The position numbers were made by a program, and so were the translations under genes. From an uncultured Bacteroidota bacterium (lineage in GTDB: Bacteria > Bacteroidota > Bacteroidia > Flavobacteriales_F > PHOS-HE28), in contig CADEDY010000009.1 in assembly GCA_902826215.1 (NCBI GenBank), positions 52,304-116,303 on the forward strand: 64,000 bases of DNA, in the 5' to 3' direction. Shown here piece after piece: positions 17,261 through 25,986 of this stretch; the first letter of the stretch is position 1, and every line of letters starts with the position of its first letter. The notes below the pieces were generated by a model. It saw only the letters and a list, made by a program, of their open reading frames with translations, did no database searches and was not told the origin of the DNA.

Positions 17261-18301
17261 ATGGAATTCGGCCTCTACACCTTCGTGGACCATACGCCCG
17301 ACCCGGTATCCGGCGAACGCATCAGCGCCCAACAACGGCATAGCAACCTGCTCGAAGAAGCTGAACTGGCGGACCGCTTGGGACTGGATGTGTTCGCGAT
17401 CGGCGAGCATCACCGTTCCGACTTCATCGCCAGCGCGCCGGCTGTTCTTCTGGCCGCCATTGCAGCGCGCACGAAGCGCATTCGGTTGAGCAGTGCGGTG
17501 ACCGTGCTCAGCAGCGACGATCCGGTGCGTGTGTTCCAGCAATACGCCAGCTTGGATCTGGTGAGCAACGGCCGGGCCGAGATCATGGCCGGCCGGGGTT
17601 CCTTCACCGAGAGCTTCCCCTTGTTCGGTCATGACCTGCAGGACTACAACGCGCTCTTCAGTGAGAAACTGGCGATGCTCTTGGAGATCCGCAAGGGCGA
17701 GGTACTGAATTGGAAAGGCACGCACACACCGACGATCGAAGGTCGAGGCGTGTACCCGCGCCCGGTCCAGGAACAGCTACCGGTCTGGATCGCCGTGGGA
17801 GGCACCCCGGAAAGTGTGGTGCGCGCCGCCACCCTGGGCCTGCCCATGATGTTGGCCATCATCGGTGGTGAGCCCGCACGTTTCAAGGCCTTCACGGACC
17901 TGTACCTCAGAGCGTGGAAGGAAACAGGTCAGGATGCGTCGACGTTCCAACTCGGCATCGGCTCGCACGGCTTCATCGCCGACACGTTCGAAGAAGCCGC
18001 AGAACTGATGTGGCCGCGGTATGCCATGCAGATGGGGCGCATCGGCAAGGAGCGCGGGTGGGGACCCGTGGGCCGACCGCAATTCGACTTCGAGATCTCG
18101 CCGAACGGTGCCATGTTGCTCGGCGATCCGGAAACCGTGGCGAAGAAGATCATCCACGAGCATGAACTCTTCGGTTTCACGCGTTACAGTCTCCAATTCA
18201 GCGTGGGCAGTTTGCCGCACGACAAGATGCTGCGGTGCATCGAATTGTATGCGACGGAGGTGGTACCTCAAGTGAAGAAGGCATTGGGTGTGTCCCAGTG
18301 A
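17261..18301 (+). CDS. LLM-class flavin-dependent oxidoreductase (luciferase-like monooxygenase family)
   Basis: MEFGLYTFVDHTPDPVSGERISAQQRHSNLLEEAELADRLGLDVFAIGEHHRSDF...VLSSDDPVRVFQQYASLDLVSNGRAEIMAGRGSF. The start is the internal Met of track ORF 17186-18301. Confidence 0.8.
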   Translation: MEFGLYTFVDHTPDPVSGERISAQQRHSNLLEEAELADRLGLDVFAIGEHHRSDFIASAPAVLLAAIAARTKRIRLSSAVTVLSSDDPVRVFQQYASLDLVSNGRAEIMAGRGSFTESFPLFGHDLQDYNALFSEKLAMLLEIRKGEVLNWKGTHTPTIEGRGVYPRPVQEQLPVWIAVGGTPESVVRAATLGLPMMLAIIGGEPARFKAFTDLYLRAWKETGQDASTFQLGIGSHGFIADTFEEAAELMWPRYAMQMGRIGKERGWGPVGRPQFDFEISPNGAMLLGDPETVAKKIIHEHELFGFTRYSLQFSVGSLPHDKMLRCIELYATEVVPQVKKALGVSQ

Positions 18302-18306
18302 TCCAG

Positions 18307-19071
18307 CTACTTCCGGAAAGGCCGCTGCATGCCCCACCAGATGCGCTTGTAGAGCGGTGGCTTGGTTGCAGACACGGAGAAGACGATCAGGCTCTTTTCC
18401 GCATTCGTCACGCGGAACAGCACCTCTTTCGGGTCCACAAGCGAGACCTCTTGCTCCATGCGCTGGAAGCCGATGAAGCTCATCACCAGCACCACCTGTT
18501 CCGTGGAGTCGGCCATTGCGGTGAGGTCGAGTGTGAAATATCCATCGAAGTCCGTGAGAGCGCCCAGTGCGGTGCCTTTGACCATGACGTTGACGAAGGG
18601 CACTGGTTCGTCTTCTGAGCCGACCACCTCTACGACGCGGCCGCGGACGATCACACTATCAAGTCGAAGGTGATCTTCTTGATCGACCCGTTGCGCGGCG
18701 CGATCATCAGCGACCGGGGGCTGTGCTACCTCTACGTCAGGTGTTCGAGGACTTGCCTCACTTGTGGTCGGTTCCAGCAAGAGCATGGACACTAGGCTGA
18801 GCATCATCGGGTGCGATCTCCAGCCCGTTTCTTTCCATATCGGTCGTTCAGGCGGGCGCAGTTGCTCGTCGCGGTACATGCCGCATACAGGCGCCTCGCT
18901 GTCCATGTGCGTACGGGCGATCTCCACCGCGTTCATGCGCGTGAAGTCCACGATGCGCTTGTCGCATTGCTGGCACAAGCGCCCACCCGGGATCACCGGC
19001 ATGGTCTCCCACAGTTGATCGCAGCGTTGCAGCTTCGATAGGTTCACACGTATTCCTTCACCAGCGTTCAT
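18307..19071 (-). CDS. Hypothetical membrane protein: N-terminal Cys-rich zinc-ribbon-like segment, one transmembrane helix, periplasmic CarboxypepD_reg-like beta-sandwich
   Basis: A zinc-ribbon-like segment is present (CQQCDKRIVDF...PVCGMY). A hydrophobic helix follows (MMLSLVSMLLL). Further on, IVRGRVVEVVGSEDEPVPFVNVMVKGTALGALTDFDGYFTLDL resembles the carboxypeptidase regulatory domain. The true start is uncertain. Confidence 0.45.
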   Translation of the reverse strand: MNAGEGIRVNLSKLQRCDQLWETMPVIPGGRLCQQCDKRIVDFTRMNAVEIARTHMDSEAPVCGMYRDEQLRPPERPIWKETGWRSHPMMLSLVSMLLLEPTTSEASPRTPDVEVAQPPVADDRAAQRVDQEDHLRLDSVIVRGRVVEVVGSEDEPVPFVNVMVKGTALGALTDFDGYFTLDLTAMADSTEQVVLVMSFIGFQRMEQEVSLVDPKEVLFRVTNAEKSLIVFSVSATKPPLYKRIWWGMQRPFRK

Positions 19072-19271
19072 AACGGTAGTTTGGATCCTTGCGACAGCTT
19101 CTCGGACGCCTTGGCGGGATCGTTGTGACCATTTGCAAAGCGATACGAGGCATGTTCTTCAACGATGCAAGGATCTCGCCGATCGCATAACGGGTTGAGC
19201 GATCCACGACGTTGCCGATCCGTTCGACCGATCGCGTACCCTGCTAAATTCACCTCCTTAACCCACCCCGC

Positions 19272-19691
19272 ATGCATCCTATTCTCCGCAACATACTCGC
19301 CTTCATCGCCGGCATGGTCGTCGGCGGCATGGTCAACATGGGCATCATCATCTTCGGCTCGAACCTCCTACCGCCGCCGCCCGGGGTTGATGTCAGTGAT
19401 GTGGCCAGCATCAACGCGCACATCCACGAATACTCGACGATCCAGATCCTGGTGCCGTTCTTCGCTCATGCACTGGGCACGCTCATCGGTGCGTTCATCG
19501 TGGCTCGCCTCGCTGTTTCGCGGCAAATGATCCTCGCTCTGGTGATCGGTGCTTTCAATCTGCTGGGTGGCATCATGGCCGTGCGCATGATACCGGATGC
19601 ACCCATGTGGTTCAACGGCCTGGATCTGGTCGTGGCCTACCTGCCGATGGCATGGCTTGGCGGGAAGTTGGGAATGCGAGGAACTGCGTGA
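19272..19691 (+). CDS. Hypothetical small membrane protein (4 predicted transmembrane helices)
   Basis: GC3 is strongly coding across the whole ORF. Glycine-rich hydrophobic helices are present (ILRNILAFIAGMVVGGMVNMGIIIFG...). Confidence 0.5.
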   Translation: MHPILRNILAFIAGMVVGGMVNMGIIIFGSNLLPPPPGVDVSDVASINAHIHEYSTIQILVPFFAHALGTLIGAFIVARLAVSRQMILALVIGAFNLLGGIMAVRMIPDAPMWFNGLDLVVAYLPMAWLGGKLGMRGTA

Positions 19692-19802
19692 AACCGGAAC
19701 GATCCTGTCGCGCTAACAACAATGATCAGTGCTCACACCGTAACTGATCCTAGTGCGTACCTGCAGATCTCTACGATGAAGTGGACAGGCGGTCGGATCC
19801 GA

Positions 19803-20402
19803 TCAGGCAGCAACGCGCTGCACTAACGCTTTGCACCATGCCGCGCTGGTAACCCGCACGGAGTGTGGGACGTGAAGCGGAATGGTGATGACTTCTCCAG
19901 GAATCATGGAGATCACTTCGTTGCCCAAATGAATGTCACACGTGCCCTCTAGGACAAGGATGCGTTCAACGAAATCGGTATGGATCTCTTCGGGATGAAC
20001 CGTCCTCAACCAGACCAGCACGGTTTCCCGGTCGCTCGTCCGCTCCACCTCGATCATGTGACTATCCTCTGCATCGGCGGGGAGAACGAGATCCTCTCGG
20101 TCCAACAACGGGACCATATCAACGAGGCGAATGTCATCGTGCAATAGGGGAAAGCGTTCGTTCTTCCGGTCGTTCTGAATGTCCATTTCGACTGCCGCTA
20201 GGATAGCACGCTTCAGGTCCACGGGTGGCGGCTGCGCTTGTTGCAACGCCAAGCTGACAAGCGTTTCCTGTGCTTCTTCGATCCGTGCCCTGAGTACAGG
20301 GTCATTCGCGCTGGCGGCCTCGATCCGCTGCTCTTCTCGGCGGTCCAACATGTGGAGCACGTATAGCGCAAGGGTGCCTTCGTCCAGATCCGGTTCGTTC
20401 AT
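19803..20402 (-). CDS. Anti-sigma factor with a C-terminal cupin domain (ChrR-like)
   Basis: The N-terminal region is anti-sigma-like (LALYVLHMLDRREEQRIEAASANDPVLRARIEEAQETLVSLA). The C-terminus is a cupin (ILVLEGTCDIHLGNEVISMIPGEVITIPLHVPH). The start overlaps the stop of the upstream sigma gene by 4 nt. Confidence 0.65.
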   Translation of the reverse strand: MNEPDLDEGTLALYVLHMLDRREEQRIEAASANDPVLRARIEEAQETLVSLALQQAQPPPVDLKRAILAAVEMDIQNDRKNERFPLLHDDIRLVDMVPLLDREDLVLPADAEDSHMIEVERTSDRETVLVWLRTVHPEEIHTDFVERILVLEGTCDIHLGNEVISMIPGEVITIPLHVPHSVRVTSAAWCKALVQRVAA

Positions 20403-20881
20403 GACCGCGCGTGTTGCAGAAGTTCGTGAAGCACCTTGCCTATCCTATCCTCAACTTCGGTCGTGGTAGCGCCAAGCACTTCAGACGCCTCCGCAACGGA
20501 AAGACCTTTCGAGTATATCGTCTCAAAAACGGTGTGATCAGCCGGACACAAGTGCTGGGCCCAATTCTGTAGGCCGAATGCCGTGATCAAGGTGGTTCGG
20601 TCGACAGGGATCGACAACACACGCGCTTCTCGGATCATGATGCCCAACAGATACGTGAAAGAACCACCTTTGGATCGATCCCAACCAGCCACCTGCCTCC
20701 ATAAGGTCAAAAAGGTGCGTTCCACCACTTGCTCGGCACCATACTGGTCGGTCCACCGCAACGCAATGCCGAACAAGGTCGGACTGTACTGATCGTAAAG
20801 CTCCTCCAATGCGCTGACATCCCGCTGAGCGAGACGGACCAACAACATGTCGAATGCTTCTTCGACCACTAGGGAACCCAT
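20399..20881 (-). CDS. RNA polymerase sigma-70 factor, ECF subfamily
   Basis: A region-2-like segment is present (LEELYDQYSPTLFGIALRWTDQYGAEQVVERTFLTLWRQVAGWD). Region 4 is present (LSVAEASEVLGATTTEVEDRIGKVLHEL). The start was taken at the internal Met; the track ORF extends to 20944. Confidence 0.7.
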   Translation of the reverse strand: MGSLVVEEAFDMLLVRLAQRDVSALEELYDQYSPTLFGIALRWTDQYGAEQVVERTFLTLWRQVAGWDRSKGGSFTYLLGIMIREARVLSIPVDRTTLITAFGLQNWAQHLCPADHTVFETIYSKGLSVAEASEVLGATTTEVEDRIGKVLHELLQHARS

Positions 20882-21001
20882 TCGGGGTGAAGGTACCGCC
20901 AAGCATGCGTTCGAACGCAGACCGGGATCAAGCACCCGTATCATTGCAGTGGAACGTTCCGCATCCTGCCACAGGATCCTTTACCGAACGTCATTTACTG
21001 C

Positions 21002-21790
21002 ATGGCCTACACCAGTTACAACACCATCGGTGCACCCTACGATCGCACCAGATCGGCGGATCCCTACTTGAGTGATCGCCTCGTCGACCTTTTGTCGATA
21101 CCGACCGGAGCAGCGCTGCTCGATGTCGGCTGTGGCACAGGCAACTATGCAGTAATGCTGTCGAACCGAGGTTATCAGGTGACCGGAGTGGATCCCTCGG
21201 AACGTATGCTGGAGCAGGCGAGGAAGAAATCCGACGGGATCACTTGGCTTCAGGGTAAAGCGGAAGCACTCCCCCTTCCCGATGCTTCGTTCGATGGTGC
21301 TATGGGCACCCTTACTACGCACCATTGGACCGACCTCGCAGCTGGCTTCCGAGAAGTGCATAGGACCCTCCGACCCGGAGGGCGGTTGGTGTTGCTTACG
21401 TCCACTCCAGAGCAGATGCAGCGCTATTGGCTTTGCCATTACTTCCCGCAGATGATGGCCCGATCGTGCAGTGTGATGCCGACCGCAGCAGCCACCTTGG
21501 CGGCACTGCATGCGGCTGGTTTCAGCCACTTTGAGCAAGAAGCCTATGATGTGCGCCCTGACCTGAAGGATCATTTCCTGTATGCTGCCAAGACCGACCC
21601 TGCCCGATATCTCGACCCCGACTTCCGCAAGGGCATATCCTCCTTCGCGGCGCTGGCGAACGCGGATGAAGTAGAGACCGGGCTGCTGGAGTTGGCCAAG
21701 GATATCGAACGCGGCACGTGGGGATCCATCGAAGCATCCTACCACCATCAAGGTGGAGATTACCTGTTCGTGGTCAGCACAAAGGCATAG
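21002..21790 (+). CDS. Class I SAM-dependent methyltransferase (small-molecule type, UbiE/Methyltransf_11-like)
   Basis: Motif I is present (LLDVGCGTGNYAVMLSNRGYQVTGVDPSERMLEQA). The post-I motif LPLPDASFDGAM is also present. Confidence 0.8.
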   Translation: MAYTSYNTIGAPYDRTRSADPYLSDRLVDLLSIPTGAALLDVGCGTGNYAVMLSNRGYQVTGVDPSERMLEQARKKSDGITWLQGKAEALPLPDASFDGAMGTLTTHHWTDLAAGFREVHRTLRPGGRLVLLTSTPEQMQRYWLCHYFPQMMARSCSVMPTAAATLAALHAAGFSHFEQEAYDVRPDLKDHFLYAAKTDPARYLDPDFRKGISSFAALANADEVETGLLELAKDIERGTWGSIEASYHHQGGDYLFVVSTKA

Positions 21791-21841
21791 ATCCCTTTGT
21801 CCTGAGATAGGATCAGCTTTCCATCCGAGATCGAACGGAAC

Positions 21842-22240
21842 ATGAACCGCGCAATTTTCGCCTTGGTTTCTCTGGGTATCGCCCTTGCAACTTCGGCGCA
21901 GGATGCTCCGGTCGTCCCGGATCCGGTGCGCGAGATCGAGCCGGCTGAATTGGTATTGAAGCTCGGTGAACCACGTCTCTATGTATTCGATTGCAACGAG
22001 GCGGATATGTTCCAAGAGGCCCACGTGCCCGGTGCGCTGCTGACCATCTACGACCAAGTGAGTACCAGCATACTCCCGGACGACAAGGGTGCCGATCTGG
22101 TGTTCTACTGCTACAGTCCGCAATGCCCGGCCGGTGCTACTGCAGCCAGGACAGCGGTGTCTTTAGGCTACACGCATGTCTATTGCATGACCGCCGGCAT
22201 CACGGGTTGGATGGACGCCCAGTTGCGGACGGAGCCTTGA
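21842..22240 (+). CDS. Rhodanese-like domain protein (secreted)
   Basis: A signal peptide is present (MNRAIFALVSLGIALATSAQ). The active-site loop context reads FYCYSPQCPAGATAARTAVSLGYTHVY, with a catalytic Cys in a CxxG-type loop. Confidence 0.75.
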   Translation: MNRAIFALVSLGIALATSAQDAPVVPDPVREIEPAELVLKLGEPRLYVFDCNEADMFQEAHVPGALLTIYDQVSTSILPDDKGADLVFYCYSPQCPAGATAARTAVSLGYTHVYCMTAGITGWMDAQLRTEP

Positions 22241-22269
22241 TCACACCTCCACCCTGTACCTTTCGGCCA

Positions 22270-23106
22270 ATGATCCACACCGGCCGCATGCAGGACTTGA
22301 CCGTGCTACGACGAACCAGCGAGGGCTTGGTGCTCGGCGATGACGATGCCGTGGAGATCGTGCTACCCAACAGCGAATGCCCAAAGGGTACCGAGGAAGG
22401 CGCTGTGGTGAAAGTCTTCGTATTCCGCGATAAAGATGGCAAGCACGTTGTGACCACCCGCAAGCCGAAGGCGCAGGTCGGCGAATTCGCGATGATGCGC
22501 ATGGTTGCAACACGAGGCGCCGGAGCTACCATGGATTGGGGCATGGAGCCCGACCTTCTCATTCCGCATGAGGAACAGAAGCGCGATCTGGATGTGGACC
22601 GCTGGTATGTCGTTCGTGTGGCACTTGACGCAGAGACCGACCGACTGTACGGTAGTACCAGGATCGAAGCGTTCCTGGACAACACCGTGCTTACGGTGAA
22701 GCAAGGCGATGAGGTGTCACTCATGGTCTTCGGTCGCAGTGACCTCGGGATTTCCGTGATCGTCAACGACATCCATCAAGGACTCGTGCACAACAGCGAG
22801 GTGTTCAAGCAAGTGTCCATCGGCGACCGCATCGCAGGTTACGTGAAGACCGTGCGCGAGGACAACAAATTGGACATCGTGCTGCAGCCCATCGGCTATC
22901 GGCAGTACATCGATGCGAACACCGCCATGCTGGCCAAACGGATCCAAAGCCGTGGTGGTTTCCTGCCTTTGACGGACAAGAGTTCGGCCGAGGAGATCTA
23001 CAGCGAATTCGGGATCAGCAAGAAAGCCTTCAAGAAAGCGCTGGGCGCCTTGTACAAGGATCGCTTGGTGCGCTTGGAAGAAGCCGGTGTGGTGTGGGTG
23101 GGCTGA
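22270..23106 (+). CDS. S1-domain RNA-binding protein, CvfB/YitL family
   Basis: Two S1-like OB folds are followed by a winged-helix C-terminus (GISKKAFKKALGALYKDRLVRLEEAGVVWV). The start is the internal Met of track ORF 21991-23106, whose 5' part overlaps the rhodanese gene. Confidence 0.7.
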   Translation: MIHTGRMQDLTVLRRTSEGLVLGDDDAVEIVLPNSECPKGTEEGAVVKVFVFRDKDGKHVVTTRKPKAQVGEFAMMRMVATRGAGATMDWGMEPDLLIPHEEQKRDLDVDRWYVVRVALDAETDRLYGSTRIEAFLDNTVLTVKQGDEVSLMVFGRSDLGISVIVNDIHQGLVHNSEVFKQVSIGDRIAGYVKTVREDNKLDIVLQPIGYRQYIDANTAMLAKRIQSRGGFLPLTDKSSAEEIYSEFGISKKAFKKALGALYKDRLVRLEEAGVVWVG

Positions 23107-23120
23107 TCGCCCACCGCCGC

Positions 23121-23312
23121 TCAGTTGCGTTCGTTCGCAGCCTTCACAACGAGGTTGGCTCCCTCGAACCGAGCGCCATCCAACTTCGTGATCGCGATAT
23201 GGGCATCATAGGGATCCTTCCTTCGCACGGATCCGAATTCGCTGAATTCGCCGATCTCCAGGTCCTTGAAATCGTTCACGCGTTCCTCTTCAACGAAATG
23301 TCCGAAGAGCAA
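23121..23312 (-). pseudogene. Degenerate tandem paralog of the adjacent RRM RNA-binding protein gene (N-terminal RNP-2 region and ATG start lost)
   Basis: The frame reads ...SFQAPLHLELLFGHFVEEERVN...ITKLDGARFEGANLVVKAANERN. The upstream gene reads ...TELHLELLFGHFGNVERVTVV...ISKLNGAPLEGERLMVKPAQNDRPN. The DNA is also similar between the two. There is no in-frame ATG (the track starts at a TTG codon) and an in-frame stop lies about 20 codons upstream. The RNP-1 core (R/KGFGFVEM) is replaced by VNDFKDLEIGEF. Confidence 0.4.
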
Positions 23313-23375
23313 CTCGAGATGAAGGGGAGCTTGGAATGAGCCGGTCCGCCGACGAGAACAGTCGAATGCGAGGGA

Positions 23376-23627
23376 TCAGTTCGGCCGATCGTTCTGCGCA
23401 GGCTTCACCATCAGGCGTTCGCCTTCGAGCGGTGCACCATTCAATTTGGAGATCGCCTCGCGTGCGGCACGGTCGTCCTCCATCTCCACGAAACCGAACT
23501 GTCGGGACACTCCGGTGGCCTTATCACGTACCACGGTCACGCGTTCCACATTTCCGAAATGCCCGAAGAGCAGTTCAAGGTGGAGTTCAGTAACGGCATG
23601 GCTTAACCGGCTCACGAAAATATTCAT
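23376..23627 (-). CDS. RNA-binding protein with a single RRM (RNP-1/RNP-2) domain
   Basis: MNIFVSRLSHAVTELHLELLFGHFGNVERVTVVRDKATGVSRQFGFVEMEDDRAAREAISKLNGAPLEGERLMVKPA carries RNP-2 (IFVSRL) and RNP-1 (RQFGFVEM). The start is the internal Met of track ORF 23376-23705. Confidence 0.8.
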   Translation of the reverse strand: MNIFVSRLSHAVTELHLELLFGHFGNVERVTVVRDKATGVSRQFGFVEMEDDRAAREAISKLNGAPLEGERLMVKPAQNDRPN

Positions 23628-23858
23628 GTGCATTGGGTTAAAGGGTTGAACGGATGCGCCACTGACCAGGATCGGCCGGACCACTTCGGGCCCCAAGAGC
23701 GACACAGTGAATTATGGCTAAGGTAATCATTTCTGCATGGTCACTTTATCAAAGTCGATGGCGCCGTCCACCATCCATTGTCCACAACGCATCAAGGAAG
23801 TTGGTCCATTTGTTGCTGCTTGCGCCACACTACTTTCATCGCGCACGTTCTGCTTCAC

Positions 23859-24974
23859 ATGATAGTTCCACATCGTTCACAGGCCCTCACCTTTCTTTTC
23901 ATCGTTGCGTCCGTTGCTGCATGGCCGCAGACAGGAAGCGATGCGAACACTGCACGGAGCACAGCGGATGGTCTACTTGACAAGGCGGTCGAAGACGGGA
24001 AGGTCGTTGGTGTGATCGCAGGCACTTCAAGTGATGGACACATCACATGGACGCATGCCGCAGGATACGCGGATCGCGCGACCGAGAGGGCTTTCGATTC
24101 CAATACACCTACCCGACTGGCTTCCATAAGTAAACCGATGACCGCGGTGGCGATCATGCAATTGGTGGAACAGGGCAAAGTGGATCTCGATGCAACGATC
24201 CAGACCTACCTACCAGACTTTCCGATCAAAAAGGAAGGATCGATCACTGTGCGTCAATTGCTGCAGCATACAGCGGGTATCCCCGAGTATGCCTCGAACA
24301 GCGAGCGGGAGAACATGAAGCACTACGCCGCATTGAGCGATGCGGTCGCCATCTTCAAGGACCGCGATCTGACCAATATCCCAGGCGAAGCCTTCCACTA
24401 TACGAGCTACGGCTATGTGGTTCTTGGGCGCGTGATCGAGCAGGTTTCGGGAGAGGAATATGGGGCCTATATGAAGAAGCGTATCTGGGATGTCGTGGGT
24501 ATGCCGAATACGGGGATCGAACGGGCAGCCGACCCGGTGGCCTCCCATGCAGCACTGTATCACATCACGGAGAAAGGAAAGATCTCCGAACCCAAGCGCA
24601 CCGACCTTAGCGATCGCGTGCCGGGCGGCGGCATCTACAGTTGCCTCGATGACCTCTTGAAGTTCGGCAACGCAGTGATGGATGGAACTCTATTGAGACC
24701 CGGAACGGTTCAGCAGATGTGGAAGGATCCTGGGGTGAAGATGACGGGCAACGGCTATGGACTTGGTTGGTACCTATATGGAGAGAATCCGAATTACGGA
24801 CCGGTGTACGGTCACAACGGATCACAGACCGGATCGACCACCTACCTCATGCTTCTTCCTGAACAACGGACCGCCGTGGTCGTGCTCTCCAACACTTCCG
24901 GTGCTATGCAGACGGTTACCAATTTGACCATTGCACTGTTCGATACGGCGGCGGCAATTCGTTCAGAACGTTGA
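23859..24974 (+). CDS. Serine hydrolase of the beta-lactamase / penicillin-binding-protein family (class C-like)
   Basis: A signal peptide is followed by the S-x-x-K motif in LASISKPMTAVAIMQLVEQGKVDLD, then YTSYGY and a later H-x-G-type region. The start is the internal Met of track ORF 23778-24974. Confidence 0.75.
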   Translation: MIVPHRSQALTFLFIVASVAAWPQTGSDANTARSTADGLLDKAVEDGKVVGVIAGTSSDGHITWTHAAGYADRATERAFDSNTPTRLASISKPMTAVAIMQLVEQGKVDLDATIQTYLPDFPIKKEGSITVRQLLQHTAGIPEYASNSERENMKHYAALSDAVAIFKDRDLTNIPGEAFHYTSYGYVVLGRVIEQVSGEEYGAYMKKRIWDVVGMPNTGIERAADPVASHAALYHITEKGKISEPKRTDLSDRVPGGGIYSCLDDLLKFGNAVMDGTLLRPGTVQQMWKDPGVKMTGNGYGLGWYLYGENPNYGPVYGHNGSQTGSTTYLMLLPEQRTAVVVLSNTSGAMQTVTNLTIALFDTAAAIRSER

Positions 24975-25929
24975 GCATTCAGGTGCCGCTGGCATTCCGG
25001 AACTTGGGTCCCGAAGAAGATCGATCGGCCCAAGCAGCGAACTGCCAATAGAACGCATCTACATCCACGTGAGCCATTCTGCAATACCCACCCATCGACT
25101 TCCGGATCGCCCGGGAATTCCAACACGCGTGGAGCATATCCTTCCAGCGGATGGGCCCGTTGTGAACGATGTGCACCGCCACGATTTCCACGAGTTGTTC
25201 TTCTTCACGGAGGGTACAGGTGAACACATGATCGACCTGCAACAATGGAGTATCGCAGCGCCCTGCATGCACCTTGTGGCGCCCGGACAGGTGCATCGTT
25301 TGGATCGATCGGCCGACATGCAAGGCTCGGTCGTGATGTTCGCAACCGATGCACAACTCGGGCAAGGTCATGCTGCACGTATCGAGCTCTTCAATGCGCC
25401 GGACCGCGCTTGTACAGTTGCTCTTGATGAGCAACGCTTGGCCGAAGCAAGAATGCTGGTGAGGCAGATGGAGGAGGAACTCGCTAGAACCAGTGGCCCG
25501 GTTGCGGAGGTCGTAGAAGGCTATCTGGGCATCCTCTTGATCAAATGCGCCCACTGGGCACGTTCGAACGCGACGGTTTCGCGTGAACAAGAGACCATCG
25601 ATCCGGTCCGTCGTTTCACGGAACTCGTGGAACTACAGTACCTCCAGGAACGACAAGTAGCCCATTACGCCGACCTCTTGGCCATGACTGCGGATCACTT
25701 GAACACCTGTGTGAAGAAGCGGACAGGCCGAACCGCAAGCAGCGTGATCCACGACCGCCTCCTGCTCGAAGCCAAGCGCCTGCTCCTGCATGCGGACCTT
25801 TCCATCAAGGAGGTCGGCTTTGCATTGGGTATGCAGGATCCAGCTTACTTCACACGATGGTTCCACAAAGCAGCCGCCGTGACTCCAGCAGCCTTTCGCG
25901 CCAGTATCCGGGAAAAGTACCAGAACTAG
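24931..25929 (+). CDS. AraC-family transcriptional regulator (N-terminal cupin-like sensor, C-terminal dual HTH)
   Basis: The C-terminus reads RFTELVELQYLQERQVAHYADLLAMTADHLNTCVKKRTGRTASSVIHDRLLLEAKRLLLHADLSIKEVGFALGMQDPAYFTRWF. The N-terminal segment HRHDFHELFFFTEGTGEHMIDL is cupin-like. The start is uncertain because it overlaps the upstream gene by 44 nt. Confidence 0.7.
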   Translation: MHCSIRRRQFVQNVEHSGAAGIPELGSRRRSIGPSSELPIERIYIHVSHSAIPTHRLPDRPGIPTRVEHILPADGPVVNDVHRHDFHELFFFTEGTGEHMIDLQQWSIAAPCMHLVAPGQVHRLDRSADMQGSVVMFATDAQLGQGHAARIELFNAPDRACTVALDEQRLAEARMLVRQMEEELARTSGPVAEVVEGYLGILLIKCAHWARSNATVSREQETIDPVRRFTELVELQYLQERQVAHYADLLAMTADHLNTCVKKRTGRTASSVIHDRLLLEAKRLLLHADLSIKEVGFALGMQDPAYFTRWFHKAAAVTPAAFRASIREKYQN

Positions 25930-25986
25930 CAGGGTTCGTCCATTGGTACCTGCTTTGGCCTACTGGACCTTTGTGATCAAAGGATC

